Shown here: positions 1 to 8,959 of the stretch, piece by piece
Layout of the letters: the number at the start of each line of letters is the position of its first letter
Position numbering within the stretch: position 1 is the stretch's first letter
Assembly (NCBI RefSeq): GCF_001543245.1
Contig: NZ_CP014163.1
Coordinates: forward strand, 950,387-974,386
Source of the DNA: Aerococcus urinaehominis
Lineage (GTDB): Bacteria > Bacillota > Bacilli > Lactobacillales > Aerococcaceae
Direction of reading: 5' to 3'
DNA: 24,000 bases
Notes under the pieces: model-generated
Told to the model about the DNA's origin: nothing
The model's database searches: none
What the model saw: the letters and a program-made list of their open reading frames with translations, nothing else
Made by a program: the position numbers and the translations under genes

Positions 1-328
1 CAGCCAAATAACCCATCAAAGCCTCAAAGCCTGTCGCAATTCGGTAAGTTTGAATATCAGTATTTTTGGCAGCAGTATGACTTTTAGCATTACGGCCGCG
101 TTTATAATAGCTTAGTTCTTGGTCACTTAAAAAGCCCTCCTGGTCTAGCATCGCTTGCATCAAGCGGGCCTGGCCCTTAGCAGAAACAAAGCGGGTAGCT
201 GTCTGGTGTAGTTGGTTAGGCTTAGTTAATCCTGCAGCTAAAATATGGCGTCTAACCATTACTTCCCACTCCGCATCGCCCAAGTAGGCTAAGGCTAAGC
301 CATTTATTTGCCTAATATCACTAACCAT
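1..328 (-). CDS. mrnC: Mini-ribonuclease III, N-terminal ~109 codons (gene runs off the window start)
   Basis: Not in the ORF track because it is truncated. ATG at 328..326 overlaps the cysS stop (TAATG). Own translation is [56 protein letters not shown]..., with the RNase III-type AYLGDA signature. It lies directly after cysS, as in Bacillus and lactic acid bacteria. Confidence 0.8.
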   Translation of the reverse strand, partial: MVSDIRQINGLALAYLGDAEWEVMVRRHILAAGLTKPNQLHQTATRFVSAKGQARLMQAMLDQEGFLSDQELSYYKRGRNAKSHTAAKNTDIQTYRIATGFEALMGYLA

Positions 329-1749
329 TATTGGTCAACTCGTTTCCAACGGGTCCCTTGCGGTGTATCATCTAATTCGATACCCTGGGCCTTTAACTGG
401 TCACGAATCTGGTCAGCGCGAGCAAAATCCTTGTTTTGACGGGCAGCTTGGCGGTCATCAATTAGGGCCTGAATATCATCTTCAAGTAAGTCTGCTTCAC
501 TAGTAAATATGAGACCAAAGACACCAGTAAGTTGGCTAAAACTATCTAAGTATGCTTGCAGTACAGCCTGAGAAACCTGGTCCTGTTCACTATATACATT
601 CATATCTCTTATCAGCTGGAAGATAACAGTCATGCCATTCGGGGTATTGATATCATCATCCATAGCCGCAACAAAGGCCGCCTCATGGCTAGCTATTTTT
701 GCCAGCTCATGGTCATCTTGGTCCAGTGCTTGCACAGCTGTTGGGAGACGATAGTTGGCATTTTTATAAGCATTATTTAATTTTTCCAAGTTATTTTTAG
801 CATCTTGGATGTTTTGCTGGCTAAATTTCAAAGGACTACGGTAGTGGGCCGTCGCTAAGAAATAGCGGATAACTTGGGGATCAATTTCGGCAATTAAATC
901 ATGGGCCAGCACAAAATTCCCTAAAGACTTGCTCATTTTTTCGCCATCATCACCCATAGTTACAAAACCGTTATGCATCCAATAGTTAGCAAAAGTTTGA
1001 CCGGTTTTAGCTTCTGACTGAGCAATCTCATTTTCATGATGCGGGAAAATTAAATCGTGGCCACCAGCATGAATATCAATTGTATCCCCCAAATACTTGG
1101 TAGCCATAACTGAACATTCAATATGCCAACCGGGACGCCCTATCCCCCAAGGTGAGTCCCAAGATACTTCACCTGGTTTGGCTGCTTTCCAAAGGGCAAA
1201 ATCCACACTATCCTCTTTGACTGCCTGATCATCACTAGCAAGCCGCTGGCTAGCTCCTTCACGTAGGTCATCTAAATTCTGGTCTGATAGCTTGCCATAA
1301 CCCTTAAATTGTCGCGCCCGGAAATATACGTCCCCATTAGTTGCATAAGCATAGCCTTTATCAATTAGGTCAGCCACAAAAGCAATAATATCCGCCATAT
1401 TTTCAACTACCCGGGGATTAGCAGTAGCCCGCATCACATTTAGGGCGTCGGTATCCTGGTAGAAGGCCTGGATATATTTATCCGCGACCTCATCAGTTGT
1501 AAGACCCTCTTCATGCGCTCGGTTAATAATCTTGTCATCAACATCAGTAAAATTAGAAACATATTTAACCTGGTAGCCCCGGTACTCCAAGTAGCGGCGT
1601 ACCGTATCAAAAGCTACTGTTGACCGTGCATTACCAATATGAATGTAGTTATAAACGGTAGGGCCACAAACATACATGCTAATTTCACCAGGCCGTAGTG
1701 GTTTAAGTTCTTCTTTTTCTCTAGTTAAGCTGTTGTAAATTTTGATCAT
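328..1749 (-). CDS. cysS: Cysteine--tRNA ligase (473 aa)
   Basis: Track ORF 328..1878 trimmed to the ATG at 1749 ([15 protein letters not shown]...). It has the class I HIGH-type motif ([10 protein letters not shown]) and a KMSKS motif. The extra 43 N-terminal codons of the track ORF lie inside cysE. Confidence 0.95.
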   Translation of the reverse strand: MIKIYNSLTREKEELKPLRPGEISMYVCGPTVYNYIHIGNARSTVAFDTVRRYLEYRGYQVKYVSNFTDVDDKIINRAHEEGLTTDEVADKYIQAFYQDTDALNVMRATANPRVVENMADIIAFVADLIDKGYAYATNGDVYFRARQFKGYGKLSDQNLDDLREGASQRLASDDQAVKEDSVDFALWKAAKPGEVSWDSPWGIGRPGWHIECSVMATKYLGDTIDIHAGGHDLIFPHHENEIAQSEAKTGQTFANYWMHNGFVTMGDDGEKMSKSLGNFVLAHDLIAEIDPQVIRYFLATAHYRSPLKFSQQNIQDAKNNLEKLNNAYKNANYRLPTAVQALDQDDHELAKIASHEAAFVAAMDDDINTPNGMTVIFQLIRDMNVYSEQDQVSQAVLQAYLDSFSQLTGVFGLIFTSEADLLEDDIQALIDDRQAARQNKDFARADQIRDQLKAQGIELDDTPQGTRWKRVDQ

Positions 1750-2290
1750 GCTTATCGACACCCTCACTCTGCTTGCTGTCTCTTTCAATATTACGGGCCG
1801 GATTGCCAACAGCTGTTGCATAGGCCGGCACATCCTTAAGAACAATTGCACCCGCACCAACCTTGGCATGGGCACCAATACAAATTGGCCCTAAAACCTG
1901 GGCATGGGCACCAATCATTGCACCGTCGCCAACATCAGGATGACGTTTACCCTTATCTTTGCCGGTCCCACCTAAGGTGACACCGTGAAATATCATAACA
2001 TCATCACCAACCACAGCTGTTTCACCAATCACTGTGCCACCCCCATGATCAATCACCAAGCGACGACCAATCTGGGCACCCGGATGAATTTCTATTCCGG
2101 TTATAAAGCGTGAAAAATTTGCAATTAAACGAGCGATTAAATAAAGACGGTGCCTATAGAAGAAATGACCTACTCTGTGCAAACCCAAAGCATGGACACC
2201 TGGGATAGTGAGCAACACTTCTAAGGAGGATTTAATAGAGACATCATTAGCCTTGTAAGCACCAATTAGCTCTTTAATTGCAGAAAACAC
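1721..2290 (-). CDS. cysE: Serine O-acetyltransferase (189 aa, GTG start)
   Basis: Hexapeptide-repeat left-handed beta-helix sequence (GIEIHPGAQIGRRLVIDHGGGTVIGETAVVGDDVMIFHGVTLGGTG...). The 3' end overlaps the cysS start by 29 nt. A GTGAGG Shine-Dalgarno lies 8 nt upstream of the GTG. Confidence 0.9.
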   Translation of the reverse strand: MFSAIKELIGAYKANDVSIKSSLEVLLTIPGVHALGLHRVGHFFYRHRLYLIARLIANFSRFITGIEIHPGAQIGRRLVIDHGGGTVIGETAVVGDDVMIFHGVTLGGTGKDKGKRHPDVGDGAMIGAHAQVLGPICIGAHAKVGAGAIVLKDVPAYATAVGNPARNIERDSKQSEGVDKHDQNLQQLN

Positions 2291-2468
2291 ACCTCTAACC
2301 TCACTCTCTTACATTTTAATGAATTCTTTATAATTATAAAGCTTATTTACAATAATCTTACCTGATTTTCACAAATTTTACATTAACTGATTTCAAGTTA
2401 ACGGCAAAAAGCCAGTGCTGGCAACGATTAACGCTTAAATTTTAAATTTTAAGTAAATTTGTTATTTC

Positions 2469-2477
2469 ATTATACCA
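2469..2477 (-). promoter_or_regulatory. Candidate extended -10 promoter (TGGTATAAT on minus strand) for cysE-cysS-mrnC
   Basis: The plus strand reads attatacca, which is TGGTATAAT on the minus strand, about 180 nt upstream of the cysE GTG. No clear -35 was found. The AT-rich leader contains a short hairpin plus T-run near 2406..2422. Confidence 0.3.
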
Positions 2478-2530
2478 ATCTTTTTGATTTTTCTATAGTC
2501 ATAGACTAAAAACCATATTTTATAGACGTA

Positions 2531-2558
2531 AAAAAGCCTAGTGGTAGCCCACTAGACT
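2531..2558 (-). terminator. Rho-independent terminator after glgP
   Basis: A 7-bp stem (2539-2545 pairs with 2550-2556) has a 4-nt loop. It is followed on the minus strand by a T-run (plus-strand A-run 2531-2536), about 30 nt after the glgP stop. Confidence 0.6.
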
Positions 2559-2584
2559 CTTCTTAATAATTTGATTTACAGCAC

Positions 2585-4876
2585 CTAGGCTTCAGTTTGA
2601 TAATTACTTTCTAAATGCCAGATATCATCATTATACTCGCGGATAGTCCGGTCACTTGAGAAGTAACCTGCTTCAGCGATGTTAACTAGGACCTTACGCA
2701 TCCAGGCTTCTTGGTCTTCATAATCAGCATACATTTGTTCTTTGACATCGATAAATTCTTCCAAATCAATCAAGGCCATAAAGTAGTCTTTATTAGCAAT
2801 ATCCGTATGGAGACGACGCAGGTTTTCCTTGTTACCTAACTCGAGCATTTCATCAGAAACGATAAAGTCCACGATTGGCTTAATTGCTTCCCGGTGATAA
2901 TAGTCGTGAGCGCTATAAGCATTGCGCGCATAAAGGTCAACAATTTCCTCTGAAGAACGACCAAAGATATAGATATTATCTTCACCAACTTTTTCCGCAA
3001 TCTCAACGTTGGCGCCATCTAAGGTACATAAGATCAAGGCCCCGTTAAGCATGAACTTCATGTTACCAGTACCAGAAGCTTCCTTAGAAGCCAAGGAAAT
3101 TTGTTCAGAAATATCAGCTGCCGGAATCAAGTACTCAGCCTCAGTAACATTATAGTTTTCAACCATTTCTACCTGTAAGTAAGGTCTAACTTCTGGATCA
3201 CGTTGGATCAAATCAGATAGAGTCAAGATCAGGTGAATAATATCCTGAGCAATGGTATAAGCCGGCGCAGCCTTACCACCGAAGAGAATCGTAATTGGTG
3301 TCTTTGGTTTTTGACCAGCCTTAATCATTTGATATTTCTTGATAATATAGAGGGCCAACATTTGTTGACGCTTGTACTCATGAATCCGTTTAATTTGGAC
3401 ATCAATAATGGAGTTAGTCCGGATTGGAATATTTTGGGTGATACGGAGATGTTCAGCCAAATGTTCTTTCTTGGTAGCCTTAATTTCAGCTAGTTTTTGA
3501 TAGACTTCTTCATCATCTTGGAAGTCATATAAACCAGTTAAGTCGGCATCATGATGCCAAGCCCGACCAATTTTTTCATCTAAGAATTCACTTAATTCAT
3601 GGTTAGAAGCCATAATCCAACGACGGAAGGTAATACCGTTCGTCTTGTTATTAAAGCGCTCAGGATAAATATCGTAGAAGGCTTTAAGTTCAGAATTCTT
3701 CAAGATTTCAGTATGCAGACGTGCTACCCCGTTAACTGAAAAACCATAGTGGATGGCCATATGCGCCATATGAGCCCGGTCGTTATTATCGATAATGCTT
3801 ACCGCATCATTACCAGGGAAGTTATGCTTCACTAGATCAGATAAGCCGCGGATAATATTAGCCACATCAGGAATAATTTCATCCAGATAGTTCATTGGCC
3901 ATTTTTCTAAGGCCTCTTGCAGGATAGTGTGGTTGGTGAATGCTACAACCTTGCTAACCACATCAACAGCTTCTTCAAAGGTCAAACCATGCTTGGTGGT
4001 TAATAGGCGCACAAACTCAGGGATAATTAAGGCTGGGTGGGTATCGTTGATTTGTACCACAGCGTACTCATCCAGGTCATGTAGGTTAGAACCTTTTTCT
4101 AAGGCTTCGTCAATAATTAATTGGGCAGCATTAGATACCATGAAGTATTGCTGGTAAATACGTAATAATTCACCGTTACGGTCGGAATCATCTGGATACA
4201 AGAAGAGGGTTAGGTTTTCTTCGATATTTGTTTTATCAAAGGAAATTGAGCCCTTTTCAATAATATCAGCATTGACTGAATCTAAGTCAAATAAGCGCAA
4301 ACGGTTACGCGTTTCTTGCTTGTAACCTAATACTTCTAAATCATATAGAGTGGAAGTTAGGGTAAAGCGGGCAAAGGGTACTTCATATTGCACGTCGCTC
4401 TTAGTTAACCAGGTCGGCTCAATCAACCACTCATCTGGTTTGTAGCCTTGTTGGTTAAATTTAAAGAATTGTTGGAAAAGACCAAAGTGGTAGTTCAAAC
4501 CAACACCATCAGCTGTTAAGCCTAGGGTAGCTTGTGAGTCTAAGAAACAAGCTGCTAAACGGCCTAAGCCACCATTACCTAGTGACGGCTCAATTTCAGC
4601 CAATTCAATATCATCCAATGACTTGCCATTAGCAGCTAGCTCAGCCTTCACTTCATCGTAGATGCCTAGGTTAAGCAAGTTATTACTTAACATTTTACCA
4701 ATTAGAAATTCAGCTGAAATATAGTAAAGCTTTTTCTTTTCATTATTGACTGGCAATAATTTGGCTTCGCGTTGAACAATTTTTAATAAAATATAATAGA
4801 GCTCTTGGTTGGTGCATTCGCTAATCGGCTTATCTAGGTATTCCATAGCAACGCTTTTTACATTATTATTTGGCAT
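2585..4876 (-). CDS. glgP: Alpha-glucan (glycogen/maltodextrin) phosphorylase (763 aa)
   Basis: Track ORF trimmed to the ATG at 4876, which is preceded by GGAGGA (the track start at 4888 is a TTG inside the Shine-Dalgarno). It has the GT35 pyridoxal-phosphate lysine motif EASGTGNMKFMLNGA. It lies downstream of malQ, like the streptococcal malM-malP pair. Confidence 0.95.
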   Translation of the reverse strand: MPNNNVKSVAMEYLDKPISECTNQELYYILLKIVQREAKLLPVNNEKKKLYYISAEFLIGKMLSNNLLNLGIYDEVKAELAANGKSLDDIELAEIEPSLGNGGLGRLAACFLDSQATLGLTADGVGLNYHFGLFQQFFKFNQQGYKPDEWLIEPTWLTKSDVQYEVPFARFTLTSTLYDLEVLGYKQETRNRLRLFDLDSVNADIIEKGSISFDKTNIEENLTLFLYPDDSDRNGELLRIYQQYFMVSNAAQLIIDEALEKGSNLHDLDEYAVVQINDTHPALIIPEFVRLLTTKHGLTFEEAVDVVSKVVAFTNHTILQEALEKWPMNYLDEIIPDVANIIRGLSDLVKHNFPGNDAVSIIDNNDRAHMAHMAIHYGFSVNGVARLHTEILKNSELKAFYDIYPERFNNKTNGITFRRWIMASNHELSEFLDEKIGRAWHHDADLTGLYDFQDDEEVYQKLAEIKATKKEHLAEHLRITQNIPIRTNSIIDVQIKRIHEYKRQQMLALYIIKKYQMIKAGQKPKTPITILFGGKAAPAYTIAQDIIHLILTLSDLIQRDPEVRPYLQVEMVENYNVTEAEYLIPAADISEQISLASKEASGTGNMKFMLNGALILCTLDGANVEIAEKVGEDNIYIFGRSSEEIVDLYARNAYSAHDYYHREAIKPIVDFIVSDEMLELGNKENLRRLHTDIANKDYFMALIDLEEFIDVKEQMYADYEDQEAWMRKVLVNIAEAGYFSSDRTIREYNDDIWHLESNYQTEA

Positions 4877-4925
4877 TTTTTCCTCCAAAAAGAATTAGTC
4901 GTAACAGTTACATTTTAAATTAGGA

Positions 4926-6449
4926 CTAAATGTCCTCAGGGTCTTCGCTTAATTTTTCGTTCTCCCTGAAATACAGGCTGGTTAAATTAAGCAGCTGCTC
5001 CTTGAGCGTGTTTGTAATTGCCCGGCTGTCCATCCGCCACATCCAATTAATGCCGATTGTGGACGGCACATTCATCCGTGCCTCATTACCTAAATCTAAT
5101 AAGTCCTGCATAGTATAAATCACAGTATCGCTGACACTGGCGGCAATCCCCCGGTTAAGGGCATGAGAAGCAGGTTCTCCTGGTCGCCGGTTCAAGTAAG
5201 CATCCATCTGGTCACGGATTGCCTGGCTAGCAGTTTCTTCATACCAACCACGGGCTGTTTCATTATCATGGGTGCCCACATAAGCCACACTGTTTACTGG
5301 ATAATGGTGAGGTAGGTCGTCGCTATCAGCCTCACCATCAAAGGCAAATTGTAATATCCTCATGCCCGGATAGCCTGTGGCATCGCGCATATCGATCACT
5401 TCTTGGGTCATATAACCTAAATCTTCAGCAATAATCGCCAAATCACCGCGGGCTGCTTTAAGACTATCAAAAAGCTGGTTACCCGGCCCCTTGGTCCAGT
5501 GACCATAGGCAGCAGTCGGCGCGCCGAAAGGCACCTCCCAGAAGGATTCAAAGCCCCGGAAGTGGTCAATGCGGATAATATCATAAAGATCAAAACTATG
5601 GTCTAAACGCCATAGCCACCAGTCATAGCCCTGGTCAGCCATATAATCCCAATCATAAATCGGGTTGCCCCAATATTGACCATCGGCCGTAAAGGCATCA
5701 GGTGGTACACCAGCAACCATGGTCGGATTCATCTTGACATCAACCTTGAAATATTCGGGCCGTTGCCACATCTCCACACTATCGCGAGCCACATAAATCG
5801 GCATATCGCCGATAATTTGGATATGGTGACTATTAGCATAAGCCTTGAGCTCCTGCCACTGAACCTGGAAGAAGTATTGGCAAACTTCATGAAACTTATA
5901 AGTATCAGGTTGACTAGCGACATAATGAGCCACTGCCTCACTCTGATAGTCCTGGTAGGCTTCATCCCATTCATACCAAGCCTGTAGGCCAAATTTTTCT
6001 TTTACCGTCATGTAACGACAATAGGGATCAAGCCAGTCTTGGCTAGCCGTCACAAATTTTTGATAGGCCGACGACTGGTCCAAGCCTTGATTGACAAAAT
6101 TGGCAACCGCCTGCTCCAGGATAGGCCGTCTAGCCTCAAACACCTTAGCATAATCGATTTTATTAGGGTCACTACCAAAGTCCACATCCCGGTAAGCAGC
6201 AGGATTTAACAAACCTGCCTGACTTAGACGCTCTAAGTCGATAAAATGGGTATTGCCGGCAAAAGCCGAGAAAGATTGGTAGGGTGAATCACCATAACTA
6301 GTTGTTGTCAGTGGCAATATTTGCCAGTAGCTCTGCTTGGTTGCTACTAAAAAATCAACGAAGTCATAGGCTGATTGACCAAAAGAGCCGATACCAAAAT
6401 CATTGGCTAGGGAAGAAATATGTAATAATACACCGCTTGCTCTAGTCAT
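4926..6449 (-). CDS. malQ: 4-alpha-glucanotransferase (amylomaltase, GH77; 507 aa)
   Basis: The N-terminus RASGVLLHISSL...GIGSFG...FVDFL and the motif IIRIDHFRGF are typical of MalQ/GH77. An AAGGAGAG Shine-Dalgarno lies 5 nt before the ATG. Confidence 0.95.
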   Translation of the reverse strand: MTRASGVLLHISSLANDFGIGSFGQSAYDFVDFLVATKQSYWQILPLTTTSYGDSPYQSFSAFAGNTHFIDLERLSQAGLLNPAAYRDVDFGSDPNKIDYAKVFEARRPILEQAVANFVNQGLDQSSAYQKFVTASQDWLDPYCRYMTVKEKFGLQAWYEWDEAYQDYQSEAVAHYVASQPDTYKFHEVCQYFFQVQWQELKAYANSHHIQIIGDMPIYVARDSVEMWQRPEYFKVDVKMNPTMVAGVPPDAFTADGQYWGNPIYDWDYMADQGYDWWLWRLDHSFDLYDIIRIDHFRGFESFWEVPFGAPTAAYGHWTKGPGNQLFDSLKAARGDLAIIAEDLGYMTQEVIDMRDATGYPGMRILQFAFDGEADSDDLPHHYPVNSVAYVGTHDNETARGWYEETASQAIRDQMDAYLNRRPGEPASHALNRGIAASVSDTVIYTMQDLLDLGNEARMNVPSTIGINWMWRMDSRAITNTLKEQLLNLTSLYFRENEKLSEDPEDI

Positions 6450-6470
6450 AAGCGCTCTCCTTACTTTAGT

Positions 6471-6508
6471 TTACAAATTCATTATAAGCGATTTGTAAGA
6501 TTATGCAA
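6471..6508 (-). promoter_or_regulatory. Candidate sigma-A promoter of malQ-glgP with an operator-like inverted repeat
   Basis: Minus strand reads TTGCAT (6508..6503), a 16-nt spacer, then TATAAT (6486..6481). An 8-bp inverted repeat, TTACAAAT (6471-6478) and ATTTGTAA (6491-6498), brackets the -10. Confidence 0.45.
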
Positions 6509-6522
6509 GCACTTTCATAGAT

Positions 6523-7632
6523 TTACATAGCCGTCTTTTGAGCCATATAATTCTCTAGACGCTCAAAATTAGTTTGCAAGAAATCTTCATCAACTTGGTA
6601 AGGCAGCGTGTGGACCTGGCTGCGCCGGTTCATCCGCTGGGCCAAGTCGCGCGCTAAGTCCTGGTCTAGGACAATCCCCATATCAGCCAGAGCGCACGGC
6701 AGGTTAAGCGGCCTAAAGAAGTCCTGTAGGCGGTCAATCTCCGACCACTTTTCTTCAGCTGCTAGCTGAAAGAAGATGCCATAAGCCACAATCTCACCAT
6801 GGTTATACTGGTGGATAGCCGGCAGGGCTGCCGTCAAAGCATCATGGGCCGCATGGGCTAGGGTCACACGAGCATACTTGTTAGCGAAACCGCCTACCAA
6901 GCCAGCCACTGCCATAATCATTTCTGATACCTGTTTAAAGGCCGGGGTAACTTGACCAGCTGCCATATCGGCAATGGCTTGTTGGGCCTGGTCAAACATG
7001 ATATCCCGACACATAATTGTCGTTTGCCGGGCCAAGATAGGAAAGGCTTCTAGTTGGAACTTTTCCTGGGAGAGAATGGCATCAGACTCATACCACTTGG
7101 CCATGGTATCTGCAACACCAGCGATAAAAAGCCGCTGGGGGGCATCAATAATTAAGCGCGGATCGGCTAGCATAAAAACAGCTTGGCGGTCTTCATGTTC
7201 CGAAATTTCTTCAGCGCTACCATCTTCCTTGTACATCACAGAAATCGGCGTCCAAGGGGCGCAGTTAGAGGCCAAGGTTGGCACCACGCCATAAGGGATA
7301 TTACTGATAGCTGCTGCTTGTAGGGTAACATCACAAATCTTGCCGCCACCGACGCCGATGACAAAGTCAATGTGGTGACTTTGGATGATTTGAGCCAGGC
7401 GGTTAGCTTCCACATAGGAACACTCGCCCCGGTGTTTTTCTTCATAAATAGTGAGTTTACTGCGATAAAGTTTAGCTAAATAAGGTTGCGCCTTTTGCCA
7501 GGACACCTGGCCGTGAACCAACAAGATACGCTGGGCACGGTGGGCCTGCAAAATACCAACCATATCGTCAAGGGCACCCTCATGGTATTGGTAGACCTGG
7601 GGACCAACCTTGACCTTTAAATCATTTAACAA
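6523..7632 (-). CDS. Glycerol dehydrogenase-like, iron-containing alcohol dehydrogenase family oxidoreductase (369 aa, TTG start)
   Basis: GldA-family motifs are present: GVGGGKICDVT (NAD-binding loop), ADTMAKWYE, HAAHDALT and HGEIVAYG (metal ligand positions). A GGAG lies 8 nt upstream of the TTG. Confidence 0.75.
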   Translation of the reverse strand: MLNDLKVKVGPQVYQYHEGALDDMVGILQAHRAQRILLVHGQVSWQKAQPYLAKLYRSKLTIYEEKHRGECSYVEANRLAQIIQSHHIDFVIGVGGGKICDVTLQAAAISNIPYGVVPTLASNCAPWTPISVMYKEDGSAEEISEHEDRQAVFMLADPRLIIDAPQRLFIAGVADTMAKWYESDAILSQEKFQLEAFPILARQTTIMCRDIMFDQAQQAIADMAAGQVTPAFKQVSEMIMAVAGLVGGFANKYARVTLAHAAHDALTAALPAIHQYNHGEIVAYGIFFQLAAEEKWSEIDRLQDFFRPLNLPCALADMGIVLDQDLARDLAQRMNRRSQVHTLPYQVDEDFLQTNFERLENYMAQKTAM

Positions 7633-7667
7633 GGTGATAACTCCATTCTCTTTTAAGAATTAGTTAA

Positions 7668-7695
7668 ATATTAGCATATACAAACTGGTTAACAA
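7668..7695 (-). promoter_or_regulatory. Candidate promoter of the dehydrogenase gene (TTGTTA-16-TAATAT)
   Basis: On the minus strand the -35 TTGTTA is at 7695..7690 and the -10 TAATAT at 7673..7668. A 12-bp perfect palindrome, AGCAAATTTGCT (7696-7707), abuts the -35. A cre-like GGTAAACGCTTAAA lies at 7730-7743. Confidence 0.3.
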
Positions 7696-8000
7696 AGCAA
7701 ATTTGCTAGTGTTTGCCCAAGTCGATCACGGTAAACGCTTAAATATAAATCAAAAGAACAAGCTTAGTATTTTAGCAATCTTACAGCCCCCTATATATAT
7801 AAATGATCTGGTTGAGTCACTTTAAAATATGACTATTTCGACTATGATCAAAAAAACACTAATTTTGGTTAAAATTACAGCATCACTTGACTAAAAATCT
7901 TCCTGAAAGACTGCTAATCATTAGGGGATTAATCACCCTTTCCTAATTCGAGATGAAGAACGGCTGATTGAAGAAAGACCGCGCCTTGTTGCTTACAATA

Positions 8001-8029
8001 TTGATAAAATAAATTTGTAATCGATTACT
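8001..8029 (+). promoter_or_regulatory. Putative promoter/operator of bacteriocin module 1; contains the 12-bp perfect palindrome GTAATCGATTAC (8017-8028)
   Basis: TTGATA (8001-8006), a 17-nt spacer, then ATTACT (8024-8029). The 14-nt string TGTAATCGATTACT is identical to 12155-12168, although the flanking spacer sequence differs. Confidence 0.35.
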
Positions 8030-8113
8030 TCAAGTTGAATCACTAATGTTACCATTTATTTTAAGGACTTGTTAGCCTTGCTAGTATGTTATACCTAGAA
8101 AGGAGTGGGTAGT

Positions 8114-8473
8114 GTGCAAGAAGCAGCAAAATATATGCGAATCTATGTATGGATGCGATCATTTATCAACCTAATTGGCATAACGAGCTTTGCTTGGGAC
8201 ATCTTTCTAGTAGCTGCTGTCGATTTATTCACTAACTACGACGATTTCCACCAAAAATTGCACGAAAATAAAAGTTTAATCTACGCCTTTAGCCAATTTA
8301 TCTGGCGTGGCTACGTTTTTTTAACCGGACTAGGCATGTTTACCAAGTTACTAAGAACAGGCCAGTTAATTTGGCAAGCAAGCGATGTCCTGTATGAACT
8401 TGGCTTTGTTGCGGTCCTAAGTTTACCTTTTACTATAATCATCTATATCGCCATTAGAAGGGGAGATATCTAA
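8114..8473 (+). CDS. 119-aa polytopic membrane protein, putative bacteriocin immunity protein (paralog A)
   Basis: Track ORF 8105..8473 trimmed to the GTG at 8114. AGGAG lies 8 nt upstream, and the length then matches the paralog at 12485. It has three to four hydrophobic segments. Its stop overlaps the next start (ATCTAATG). By eye it is roughly 60 percent identical to the 12485 product. Confidence 0.6.
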   Translation: MQEAAKYMRIYVWMRSFINLIGITSFAWDIFLVAAVDLFTNYDDFHQKLHENKSLIYAFSQFIWRGYVFLTGLGMFTKLLRTGQLIWQASDVLYELGFVAVLSLPFTIIIYIAIRRGDI

Positions 8474-8670
8474 TGAAAATCTTACATGAAACATCTATTA
8501 ATGAGGGGTTACTACTGCAAATTAAAGGCGGTGGTAAGCGAACTGATATTGCAGCTGGTATATTACATGGCGCTGCTGCTGGTTTTAAAGTTTGTCCCGC
8601 CGGCTATAAGACTGCTTGTGCTGTAGCTATTGGCGCAGCGGGAGCAGCTTATAGCGCTTGGGGAAATTAG
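8473..8670 (+). CDS. Double-glycine-leader class II bacteriocin precursor, LafX-like Gly/Ala-rich peptide (beta-1; 65 aa)
   Basis: Leader and mature peptide: MKILHETSINEGLLLQIKGG|GKRTDIAAGILHGAAAGFKVCPAGYKTACAVAIGAAGAAYSAWGN. Hydrophobic residues occupy -4, -7 and -12. The mature peptide has 2 Cys and GxxxG/AxxxA motifs. A GGGGAG Shine-Dalgarno lies inside the upstream gene. Confidence 0.85.
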   Translation: MKILHETSINEGLLLQIKGGGKRTDIAAGILHGAAAGFKVCPAGYKTACAVAIGAAGAAYSAWGN

Positions 8671-8758
8671 ATCTTATCATTATATAAAACAACCTTGTAT
8701 AGCCCCATCTTGCATGAACCACCTCCATTAAGTAAACAATAATATAAATAAATACTGA

Positions 8759-8793
8759 GACCGCCTATACTAGTTGTATAGGTGATCTTTTTT
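8759..8793 (+). terminator. Rho-independent terminator of module 1
   Basis: The stem pairs 8764-8770 with 8776-8782, with an imperfect extension. The loop is tagtt, followed by T6 (8788-8793). Confidence 0.55.
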
Positions 8794-8863
8794 ATATCCG
8801 TATCTTTGATTCCATTTTTTAAAGAAATCAGATGAGCTACATCTTCTATACTAAATTAATACA

Positions 8864-8896
8864 TAAAAATCCCCCTAAAGTAGTTTACCTTAGGGG
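8864..8896 (-). terminator. Terminator after the DUF975-like gene (end of the ABC operon)
   Basis: The 7-bp stem CCCCTAA/TTAGGGG pairs 8872-8878 with 8890-8896 around an 11-nt loop. It is followed on the minus strand by a T5 run. Confidence 0.5.
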
Positions 8897-8959
8897 AAGC
8901 ACATTAAATTCTAGATTCTCTCATTATATGAATATTGGCATCACTGTCGAGTTAGTTAA

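Noticed and set aside
556-780. Short antisense or overlapping track ORFs inside large genes. Examples: 556-780, 2836-3018, 3233-3493, 3927-4157, 4930-5118, 5676-5992, 6974-7445, 14521-14715, 17884-18159, 18231-18413, 18555-18779, 19035-19560, 19984-20824, 21796-22141 and 23056-23250.
   Set aside because: All are embedded in or antisense to well-supported CDSs. They lack ribosome-binding sites and have low-complexity or biased composition typical of shadow ORFs.
1750-1878. N-terminal 43-codon extension of the cysS track ORF (MVPMPRLVRV...)
   Set aside because: It lies entirely within cysE in another frame and has no Shine-Dalgarno. The CysS homology begins at MIKIYNSL (ATG at 1749).
2291-2530. 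Possible T-box leader upstream of cysE, as in B. subtilis
   Set aside because: The minus strand has no GGTGGTA-type T-box sequence, AGAGA or F-box. The AGTGGTAGCC string at 2541-2550 is on the wrong strand and is simply one arm and the loop of the glgP terminator. Only a weak 4-5 bp hairpin plus T-run is present (2406-2422).
7900-7948. TTCCTGAA / TTCCTAA strings (also TTCCTGAA at 17807-17814) resembling the reverse complement of the ATTCAGGA repeat
   Set aside because: No partner repeat lies 21 bp away, and no -10 lies at the 37-38 nt distance seen in the two convincing promoters. They are likely chance matches in AT-rich DNA.
7950-8100. Search for a decayed alpha-peptide gene upstream of module 1
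   Set aside because: No frame yields a GG leader or Gly-rich/CGPGC-like sequence, so module 1 appears genuinely to lack an alpha partner.
8680-8715. 11-codon minus-strand ORF (MQDGAIQGCFI) behind a strong GGAGGTG Shine-Dalgarno
   Set aside because: It lies between two terminators with no visible promoter and has no leader or partner gene. The Shine-Dalgarno-like string may be fortuitous. It is worth a look only if transcriptome data show expression.
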